Shown: positions 28,238 through 35,809 of the stretch, one piece after another | Layout of the letters: every line of letters begins with the position of its first letter | How positions within the stretch are numbered: the first letter of the stretch is position 1 | Origin: Euryarchaeota archaeon SM23-78 | GTDB lineage: Archaea; Nanobdellota; Nanobdellia; Woesearchaeales; SM23-78 | Assembly (NCBI GenBank): GCA_001595785.1 | Contig: LSSJ01000035.1 | Location: 4,558 to 68,557, forward strand | Length of the DNA: 64,000 bases | Direction of reading: 5' to 3' | Notes under the pieces: model-generated | The model's database searches: none | Told to the model about the DNA's origin: nothing | Seen by the model: only the letters and a program-made list of their open reading frames with translations | Program-made: the position numbers and the translations under genes

Positions 28238-28906
28238 TTACTTATGAAGTTTGTGGTCTTCAATTACTCTGACTACCCTATCACATCTCTTAACATCTCC
28301 TGCTTGGTTAATTCCATGAGGGTGGTATACACTGGCGCTTGGTTCATAAATAATCTTATATCCTTGTTCTAACACTTTTTTTGCCCAGAGCCTATCCTCA
28401 ACACCAGAGATTTTTTCGTCAAAAGGTATTTTTTTCCATACACTTCTTCTGATTTTTGCATTTGCATTATGAAAAAAAGGATCAGTTGTTTGTTCTTTCC
28501 TCTCCAATCCAAAGGTGTTCCATAAATCCCTTTTGTCCCTGGGATCACTATGAGCCATGGGTTCTTGTCTGCCATACACGCCTGCAACCTTTGGATCCTC
28601 AAAATTGGTGAGCAGTCTGAACAACCAATTGGTGTTTTTGGGTATGCAATGAGCAGAAAGAAAGGCTAAGTATTCTCCTTTAGAGGCTTGGATTCCTTGG
28701 TTCAGGGCTCTGCCATAACTGAATTCTTTATTAGATATTTTTATTATTTTACAATTAAATTCTTTGGCTATCTCAAGGGTTTTATCTGTTGATTCATTAT
28801 CAACCAGAATAATCTCAAAATCAACAAAGTCCTGTTTAGATACTGCATAAAGGCATTGCCTAATCCATTCTTCCTCATTTTTAGACCTTATAATAACTGA
28901 TATCAT
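28238..28906 (-). CDS. family-2 glycosyltransferase
   Basis: MISVIIRSKNEEEWI..EIILVDNESTDKT. I moved the start to 28906. The 11 upstream codons of the listed ORF are the repeated leader read in another frame. Confidence 0.75.
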   Translation of the reverse strand: MISVIIRSKNEEEWIRQCLYAVSKQDFVDFEIILVDNESTDKTLEIAKEFNCKIIKISNKEFSYGRALNQGIQASKGEYLAFLSAHCIPKNTNWLFRLLTNFEDPKVAGVYGRQEPMAHSDPRDKRDLWNTFGLERKEQTTDPFFHNANAKIRRSVWKKIPFDEKISGVEDRLWAKKVLEQGYKIIYEPSASVYHPHGINQAGDVKRCDRVVRVIEDHKLHK

Positions 28907-28965
28907 AATTTCACCTCCAGAGAAATTATGGTATTGCAAAAATTTTCAATTTTAGCAATTATCAT
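28903..28965 (-). CDS. 20-aa mini-ORF MIIAKIENFCNTIISLEVKL (leader cassette copy 2)
   Basis: Its ATG overlaps the NeuB2 stop (ATGA) and its TGA overlaps the GT2 ATG (ATGA). It shares a 58-nt perfectly identical core with 51874..51931, running into the first bases of the downstream gene. Confidence 0.5.
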   Translation of the reverse strand: MIIAKIENFCNTIISLEVKL

Positions 28966-30068
28966 AATTTCACCATTCCAAAGGTGATGTGGGTGTCAGC
29001 CTCAATATCCTGCATTGCTGGTTTCCCTATTAGTTCAGGAATCATTTTTGGGGGAAGCCCTCTGTTAGGTCCCTTTGTTGTGAGCATTTCTCGTGTTATC
29101 TTTTCCCCTTTTTTTATCTCTTTTGCTGCAACTATGGTTCTTCTTTTTTCATCAAAGATTTTTAGTTCGCCTGGAAGCACCTCTCTTTCTTGCTTTGACC
29201 ATTGAAGGCCTTTTTCTACTTTTCTTATGTTTCTTACTAATTTCTTTAATCCGTGTGGTTCAAGACTCATTGCATGGTCAAGGCCTGGGAGCGCTCTATT
29301 AATAGTATAATGCTTCTCTATCACTCTTGCTCCTAGGGCAACAGCCACAGGACCAAAGGTTATACCGTTCTCATGGTCACTGAATCCAACAGGCTTACCA
29401 AACTTTTTTAACCACTGAATCCATTGCAGGTTTGCATCCTCTGCTCTCATAGGATAACTTGAAACACAATGCAGAAGCACAACATCATATCCTTCCAGAA
29501 CCTCAAGAGCGTCTTTTACTTCTTGTTCAGTTGCCATTCCTACTGACATGATTATAGTTTTATTTGTCTTTGCTAATTCTTCTAATACAGGGATATCTGT
29601 TAATGTAAAGGCTGCTACTTTATACGCATCCACCCCTAGTTTTTCAAGAAATCTTACACTAGGAATGTCAAAAGGGGTTACTATAAAATCAATTTTTCCT
29701 TTGCAGTACTCTTTTAATTTTTTAAATTCTTCCCAGCTCAGTTCTATGTGTTCTCTTACCTTTCTATAAGTATCTCCCCACTCAGGAACATTGGTAAACA
29801 CCCTATCAAGCCTGTCTTTGGTAAGCATAGAATCAATATCTCTTTTCTGAAATTTAACAGCATCACAGCCAGCCTCAATGGCTACATCTATGAGCTTATA
29901 ACCCTTTTCTAATTCTCCGTTATGATTATTGCCTGCTTCGCCTATCACATAGGTGTGGCTTTCAGGTATTTCTTTAAACCCATTAACAATACTAACCCTT
30001 GTTTTCCTTGATTTTCTTGGACGACTCCTAGCCATAATACCCCTCTTAATTCTTATTAATCCTACCAA
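28962..30068 (-). CDS. neuB: nonulosonic acid synthase, NeuB family (copy 2)
   Basis: HTYVIGEAGNNHNGELEKGYKLIDVAIEAGCDAVKFQ..FSDHENG, plus a C-terminal SAF domain. The start may be Met12 (30035). Confidence 0.8.
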   Translation of the reverse strand: MVGLIRIKRGIMARSRPRKSRKTRVSIVNGFKEIPESHTYVIGEAGNNHNGELEKGYKLIDVAIEAGCDAVKFQKRDIDSMLTKDRLDRVFTNVPEWGDTYRKVREHIELSWEEFKKLKEYCKGKIDFIVTPFDIPSVRFLEKLGVDAYKVAAFTLTDIPVLEELAKTNKTIIMSVGMATEQEVKDALEVLEGYDVVLLHCVSSYPMRAEDANLQWIQWLKKFGKPVGFSDHENGITFGPVAVALGARVIEKHYTINRALPGLDHAMSLEPHGLKKLVRNIRKVEKGLQWSKQEREVLPGELKIFDEKRRTIVAAKEIKKGEKITREMLTTKGPNRGLPPKMIPELIGKPAMQDIEADTHITFGMVKL

Positions 30069-30179
30069 TTAAAGAGTGGATTTTTGTTTTATATATTTTA
30101 TGATATTCAATTAAACTTCGACTAAACTTATCTTCGACTAAACCTAACTTCAACCAAACTTATCTAAATAGCGTATTCT

Positions 30180-32114
30180 TCATAGAAATTTTTTAATCTC
30201 AGCCACTGCTCTTTCACTGGCCTTTCCATCATCAGAATAAAGGTATTTTCTTATGAATTTCTTTCTTAAAGAAGCATTCATGCCTTTATTCTTGAATAAA
30301 CAAGCTCTTACCCCTTTCCTTACCTCAGAAAGGTCTTTGTATGGCTTAATAAATCCTTCTCTTATATAGGTATGAGTTGGGTCAGTGCCCAATCCGACTA
30401 AGACTAATTTTTTATTCAGGGTTATACATTCATAAACAAGGGTTGAGGAGTAGGTTATTACCAGGTCAGAGGCATGTATTAATCTACTGCTGTTCTCATA
30501 CCTTGAAACCCTTGCATTAATATTAAACCTTTTTATTATTTTTTCTATTGTTTTCTTGTTTAAGATAGGGTCTCTTGGATGCATCTTTACAATTATATTT
30601 AGATTTTTAATATCTCTTAAACTCTTAAAAATCATACTTAAGTATTCATTTTCCCAAGGCTTTGCCCTGGTTATCACAGTTATTAGTCTCTCCTCTTTTT
30701 TAGCCTTGTATTTTCTTCTTATTTCTTGTAGGTTCTTTTTACCCAGGCTTTTAAGAAAATCATACTTGGGTGCTCCTATTATCTTAAGGTTTTGTTTGGG
30801 AAAATAATTCTTTTTTTGATACCATTCTCTTGTATATTCTCCCCATAAAAATTTCTTATTAGTGATAGGCCTCCATAAAGGGCTTTTTTTGTTAAGAATT
30901 TCTTTTATTGGAATCTGGGTTAGGTACATGTAGTTATCAAATATTTGCTCTCCTTCAAAGCAAAGAGAGGGTATGTTCCTAAAGTTGGCTTCGCTTATTA
31001 ATGCTCTTCCATAATAGTTTTTCTCATGATCTACTAGAACAACTTGGGGTTTTTCTTTTTCAATAACAGCTTTAGTGATGGCATAAACATCAGCGATGTA
31101 CCAAGCATAGGTTAAAAATATTTTTTTGAGTCTAGACCTAATTAAATCATAAAAACTTACTCCTTGGTATTCAAAACTCTCTTTAAAGCCTTTTTTATCC
31201 ATTTCCTTAAACTTCTTTTTTAAAAAACCAACCATTGTTTTAATATCTTTCAAGGTGTTTAAGGTGTAGTATGTTCCTATGAATTGAGCATCATATTTCT
31301 GTGGCATGTAGCGTTCTTTTAAGTTCTTAAACCCATCCAAGGTCTCAATCCTATCATACTCAACCATTTTATAAGGTATGCTTTGCTTTTCCATTACCTT
31401 AATAATAGGACCCCAAAAAACATCATTTCTATTTTCCTTATAACTCAATCTATCACTGGTTGATATCAGAATCTTTTCTGGTTTGGTTTGCTTGCAAAAC
31501 ACTTTTGCTACTAATACTCTTATAAGAATCCTGCTCTTAACATAGTTCCTTATGAGTAAGGGGTTATTAACTATTCTGAATAAAAAACTCTTTTTTTGCG
31601 CTTTAAGCTTCAAGTTGGTTATTCTTATTCTTTCTTTTCTACAGATTTTAGCAACAACTCTATTAAATGAGGTTTTTTCGTTCTCAATTACTACCTGGGA
31701 TGGCTTTTTTTCTTTTATTATCATGTTAATACAATCTATATAAAGTAATATTTTGGACAGAGGGCATTCATGACTAAGGTAATCTACATCATAATGAAGA
31801 ATAAATTCCATGGGATACCATAAACTCTTTCCTTGAAACACTAATTCTTGTGCAAAACTTTTATTATCATTCTTATTCCTTTTTTTAAAAGCCCATGCTT
31901 GTGCCCATCTCATCTCATAACAGTATCTAAATTGTATAGTTTTATCTTCAAGTTTCTTTATGTAATACCCGATAGTGTGATGTTTTTTCTGATTTTCCTC
32001 GCTAGAGAGATTATCAAGATAAATAATAACATCTTTTTTTCCTAGGTTTTTTATTAGTGCTTCATTCTTTTTCTGTAGAAAGAATAATCTTTTCATTTTT
32101 TCAATATTTTTCAA
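30180..32114 (-). CDS. large GT-B-fold TagF-like transferase (paralog of 6411..7760)
   Basis: KMHPRD..ASDLVITYSSTLVYECITLNKKLVLVG, ending DGKASERAVAEIKKFL. Confidence 0.45.
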   Translation of the reverse strand: MKNIEKMKRLFFLQKKNEALIKNLGKKDVIIYLDNLSSEENQKKHHTIGYYIKKLEDKTIQFRYCYEMRWAQAWAFKKRNKNDNKSFAQELVFQGKSLWYPMEFILHYDVDYLSHECPLSKILLYIDCINMIIKEKKPSQVVIENEKTSFNRVVAKICRKERIRITNLKLKAQKKSFLFRIVNNPLLIRNYVKSRILIRVLVAKVFCKQTKPEKILISTSDRLSYKENRNDVFWGPIIKVMEKQSIPYKMVEYDRIETLDGFKNLKERYMPQKYDAQFIGTYYTLNTLKDIKTMVGFLKKKFKEMDKKGFKESFEYQGVSFYDLIRSRLKKIFLTYAWYIADVYAITKAVIEKEKPQVVLVDHEKNYYGRALISEANFRNIPSLCFEGEQIFDNYMYLTQIPIKEILNKKSPLWRPITNKKFLWGEYTREWYQKKNYFPKQNLKIIGAPKYDFLKSLGKKNLQEIRRKYKAKKEERLITVITRAKPWENEYLSMIFKSLRDIKNLNIIVKMHPRDPILNKKTIEKIIKRFNINARVSRYENSSRLIHASDLVITYSSTLVYECITLNKKLVLVGLGTDPTHTYIREGFIKPYKDLSEVRKGVRACLFKNKGMNASLRKKFIRKYLYSDDGKASERAVAEIKKFL

Positions 32115-32132
32115 TCATTTTCTTATTATTTT

Positions 32133-32819
32133 TTACTTTTTCCCAGCCACAATGCATAAATGTTTGTAAACCCCAAACTTGGATAGAATTCTTGTGAAGA
32201 AATTCAGGTCAAATCCTTTATCTATATTTTTTATCTCAAGTTCCTCTTCCACCTCTTTTATTAGCTGTTTCATAGTATACTGGTTGGGATGAAATTCCTT
32301 ATTATTCATCCAGTTATTGCCTGTAAAATTGTAGATTAATTTCATAATCCAGCTAAAGTTAGGGCTTACTATTATGCACAAACCATCGTCTTTGAGCACC
32401 CTGTTAATTTCTTTGAGCATCTGCTTTATTTTTTTCTTAGAACCAACATGTTCTATCATGTCAAAGGAAAAGGCTATGTCTATAGAGCTTGATTTTACAG
32501 GGACCTTTTTTTCACATGACTGAATAAAAACCCTATCTTGCCCTATCTGGCTCTCTGCTATATGAGCAACTTTTTCTACTACTTCAACCCCGTAAATCGT
32601 GTGTTCTTTGTTAAGGGTTTGAATTATTGCCAAGAGGTCTCCAAAAGCGCATCCATACTCAAGGATTCTTCTGGGCTGGCTTAGATTCTTATATTTATGA
32701 ATAAATAATATCTGATGAAAGTTCCTTTCTAGGTTAAGATAAACATCTGCTTCTTTGGAGCGCCATTTAAGCATGCTCTCAGCATCCTGGTTCTTATATA
32801 TGATTCTTTTTTTACTCAT
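32133..32819 (-). CDS. class I SAM-dependent methyltransferase
   Basis: ILEYGCAFGDLL motif I. I take the start at Met24 of the listed ORF. That ATG is preceded by GGAGG and overlaps the upstream stop by 8 nt. Confidence 0.7.
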   Translation of the reverse strand: MSKKRIIYKNQDAESMLKWRSKEADVYLNLERNFHQILFIHKYKNLSQPRRILEYGCAFGDLLAIIQTLNKEHTIYGVEVVEKVAHIAESQIGQDRVFIQSCEKKVPVKSSSIDIAFSFDMIEHVGSKKKIKQMLKEINRVLKDDGLCIIVSPNFSWIMKLIYNFTGNNWMNNKEFHPNQYTMKQLIKEVEEELEIKNIDKGFDLNFFTRILSKFGVYKHLCIVAGKK

Positions 32820-33957
32820 TTGCTCCCCTCCTTTTTGCATACACCCTGTCCCATTCTTGCCTGAACTTGAAATGGTCAACAAGCTCATACATCTTTACAT
32901 TAAGAGGACTCTCAATTCTTGTCTTTTTTATCCCTCGTATACTTATAGGAACAGAGGTTACTTCTATATCATTAAAGCCTGCTTTTTTGTACCAATCTAT
33001 CACTTCTTCTATGGCTTGAAAATAATTATATGTTGCAGAGTAATGGTCATAGTTCCTTACCAGTCTTTCATGAAAATTCACTCCTACGTATGCGAATGGC
33101 GGAATAAACCTAAGAGCTTTGCCTAGGGGTCGTGTTATCTTGTTCTTTACAAGAGTACTTTCAATTGTTGACTTCAAAGCCATTAGATAAGCAAATCCAT
33201 GAATTATTGGATGAGGCATCCTGCTAATGATTTTTCTTATACCCAGCCATATCATCACACCAGTAGCATAAACTGTGTCCAGGAACAAACTCTTTTTATG
33301 AGCCTTATGATAAGCCCACTCCTTGTGATAAACATAGATTGCCATCATGCCTCCTACCTTGAGGTGCTTTGAAATCCTCATAAAAGTTGCTCTTGGATTA
33401 GGGGTGTGGTGTAGTACTCCATGAGATGTAACTACATCAAAGACTTCTTTTTTAAAAGGAAGATTCATCAAATCTGCTTGTATAAAATGAGTGTTAGGAG
33501 CATCATCAGTTCTTTTGGCTTCAAACACCTGCACTCCTAAGTCAACCCCTATGATTTCTTTGCAACCATGCTTAGAGAAATCTGACTTAATATGTCTTCC
33601 TGTGCCACACCCTGCATCAAGCACTATCTTTCCTTTGAAATGCTCTGGTCTAAACAAGGGTTCTCCTCCCAGATTCTTTAAGGCCTGCACCCAGAGCTTA
33701 TCATATACATCAATATCACTCTTTTTCCTAACCTTTTTCCACCAGTTCTCCCAGTTTTTTTGAGTTTTAGCAAAGTCTTTGAGTTTTTTCTCATCAAGAA
33801 TAACAGGTATGCCTTTAATAATAGGATACTTCTTATTACACTTCTTGCACACCAAAAAACTACTAACTATCTCTGTTCCTGTTTTTCTCTTAACCAGTGC
33901 CTTAAAATCACTCTTACAAAAAGGACAACACATATATTTTAACAGTCCTGGCTTCAT
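32812..33957 (-). CDS. Trm112-like zinc-ribbon + class I SAM methyltransferase
   Basis: CCPFCKSDF..CKKCNKKYPIIKGIPVILDE, then VLDAGCGTGRH. Confidence 0.7.
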   Translation of the reverse strand: MKPGLLKYMCCPFCKSDFKALVKRKTGTEIVSSFLVCKKCNKKYPIIKGIPVILDEKKLKDFAKTQKNWENWWKKVRKKSDIDVYDKLWVQALKNLGGEPLFRPEHFKGKIVLDAGCGTGRHIKSDFSKHGCKEIIGVDLGVQVFEAKRTDDAPNTHFIQADLMNLPFKKEVFDVVTSHGVLHHTPNPRATFMRISKHLKVGGMMAIYVYHKEWAYHKAHKKSLFLDTVYATGVMIWLGIRKIISRMPHPIIHGFAYLMALKSTIESTLVKNKITRPLGKALRFIPPFAYVGVNFHERLVRNYDHYSATYNYFQAIEEVIDWYKKAGFNDIEVTSVPISIRGIKKTRIESPLNVKMYELVDHFKFRQEWDRVYAKRRGANE

Positions 33958-33963
33958 CTTGCT

Positions 33964-35127
33964 TTACACATATAATTTTTCATACTTGCTCAGCACTTTG
34001 CTCCACTCAAACCCCTTTATTTTTCTTATTCCTTGCTTTGCAATTCTTTCTCTTAGGTTTTTATTTCTTAACAGCTTGCCAATCTTTGCTGTAAAATCAT
34101 TAACATTAGTTCGTTTACATAAAAAACCTGTTATACCATTCTCTAATAAGTCAGGTATGCAGGGAATGTTGCTGGCTACACAAGGCACTCCATAGCTCAT
34201 GGCTTCCATTACCACTCCTGGCAAGCCTTCTCCTTGTGATGGTAATAAGAATATATCACTTGCTTGATAAAGTTTGTGCATGTCTGTTCTCCAGCCCAAG
34301 AACAAAACCTTTTTCTCAAGCCTTAACTTTTTTACCTGATTTTCATACTCTTTTCTATTAGGGCCATCGCTTACAAGCAAGAACACAACATCTCTTCTTC
34401 TAAGATTATTAGCTATTCTTATCAGCTTATCAACGCCTTTCCTAGGTATTAGCAAACCCACAAACAAGATAATTCTTGTACTTGGCTTTAGATTCAATTC
34501 TTTGCTTATGCTGGCTTTTGATTGGAGTTTACTCTTGTTATCATACTTCTTAAAGTCAATACCAGTGGGTATAACCCTTATTTTCTGCTTAGGCACACCT
34601 GCTCTTAAGGCAAAGGGTAGCATGCTCTCCCCATAAAGAGTGATTATGCTTGGAGTTCCAAAGAGTAACCAGCCAAACAGCTTATTATAAATCTTGAACA
34701 TAGTATTCCAAAATCTTCCCATACTAAAACTATACCCTGGCACAGTATCCATGGTGAGGATTAGTTTTTTTTCTGGAAAAAACACTCTTTTGGTTAGCAA
34801 GATGAAAAAGCTGGTTAGATAATAAGGAACCCACATATGGATTATATTATTATTCTTAATAGCCTTCCAAGTATTGATGCAGAACATGGGTGTTATTGGT
34901 AAGGGCTGCTCTGCACTCACAAAAGGCGGATTAATAATAGAATAAGTATAGATTCTGCTCTTCTCAACCTGCTTGCAATGATGCAGGGAAGTATGCCTTC
35001 TTTTAAAAAGTATTTTAGGAATCAAAAGACTAGTCTTAAACCCTTTCTTTGTAAGTTTTCTGATTATCTCAGACACTGGTCTCTTAAGCAGGACAGGTGG
35101 GTTTACAAAGCATATTTTTGGTTTCAT
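33964..35127 (-). CDS. family-4 (GT-B) glycosyltransferase
   Basis: EGLPGVVMEAMSYGVPCVASN (E-x7-E). I moved the start to Met63 (MKPKICFVNPP) because the upstream 62 codons overlie a structured GC-rich element. Confidence 0.75.
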   Translation of the reverse strand: MKPKICFVNPPVLLKRPVSEIIRKLTKKGFKTSLLIPKILFKRRHTSLHHCKQVEKSRIYTYSIINPPFVSAEQPLPITPMFCINTWKAIKNNNIIHMWVPYYLTSFFILLTKRVFFPEKKLILTMDTVPGYSFSMGRFWNTMFKIYNKLFGWLLFGTPSIITLYGESMLPFALRAGVPKQKIRVIPTGIDFKKYDNKSKLQSKASISKELNLKPSTRIILFVGLLIPRKGVDKLIRIANNLRRRDVVFLLVSDGPNRKEYENQVKKLRLEKKVLFLGWRTDMHKLYQASDIFLLPSQGEGLPGVVMEAMSYGVPCVASNIPCIPDLLENGITGFLCKRTNVNDFTAKIGKLLRNKNLRERIAKQGIRKIKGFEWSKVLSKYEKLYV

Positions 35128-35142
35128 TTTTATTACTTGTTT

Positions 35143-35269
35143 CAAAAGCCATACTCGTCTTACCATAACCGTACACTTCGTATACGAACATGGTAAGCCT
35201 CGCCGTGCCTGCCATTGCTGTCTCACTTCGTTCGACATCAATGACAACAATGGCACAGACGGTCTTTTG
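35143..35269 (-). ncRNA. GC-rich three-helix structured element, copy 1
   Basis: The architecture has P1 caaaag/cttttg, P2 tgccattgttgtc/gacagcaatggca and P3 cttaccatgttcg/cggttatggtaag. It is homologous to 41861..41998 with compensatory changes. Confidence 0.45.
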
Positions 35270-35287
35270 AAACTTAAGTGAATCTTT

Positions 35288-35626
35288 TCATTTCTTCTTC
35301 TTAACCTTTGCACTGAAACTAATCCTCCTCACAATTGAGGTAATCTTTTTTTCCATGTTCTCTATCTTTACATACAATCTGAAGATTAAGTAGAAGATTA
35401 CAATAATGCTGATATAAACTATCAAGTCTATTCCTCTGGTTATTCCAAGTGAAGGTGAAATTGTGCTTGTTATGCCAGGAATAATAGAAACGACTATCAC
35501 AGCAATCCACAGTACAGCCCAGAAGATGAACTCGTTCTTGGTTAAGCGGTTATCCTTGAATCTTAGAAAAGCCCTGCTTAGCGCAAATAATGAAAAAATG
35601 ATTATTAATATCTGGATTATCTCCAT
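35288..35626 (-). CDS. DUF2304-like small membrane protein
   Basis: 112 aa and 3-4 TM helices, with GITRGIDLIVYISIIVIFYLIFRLYVKIENMEKKI matching my recollection of this GT2-associated family. Confidence 0.55.
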   Translation of the reverse strand: MEIIQILIIIFSLFALSRAFLRFKDNRLTKNEFIFWAVLWIAVIVVSIIPGITSTISPSLGITRGIDLIVYISIIVIFYLIFRLYVKIENMEKKITSIVRRISFSAKVKKKK

Positions 35627-35809
35627 TTTTACCCCCTACTGTGCCCTTTCACTCTTTTCCTCTTTATATTTTTTATGAAGCTTGATTAGGTTTTATGGTT
35701 TTATGAATGTTTAAGACGTGTGTGAGTGCGAAAACTATTTAAACCATTCCCTTTATCTCTTCTCTAATAATCATTAAAATTTGTTAAAGATTTTGGAGAG
35801 GGTGATTTT

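Noticed and set aside
28907-28939. The listed ORFs 28238..28939 and 51896..52126 share the N-terminus MQYHNFSGGEIM, which could suggest a common signal or domain.
   Set aside because: The shared 12 codons are the 58-nt repeated leader read in the frame of the downstream gene. An internal ATG preceded by GGAGGTGA gives canonical GT2 (MISVIIRS) and RpoN (MIIPIRCFSC) N-termini.
35128-35313. A 62-codon N-terminal extension of the GT4 ORF (MQRLRRRNEK...).
   Set aside because: The extension is Arg/Cys-rich and overlies the GC-rich structured element and the end of the DUF2304 gene. The conserved GT4 fold begins at MKPKICFVNPP.
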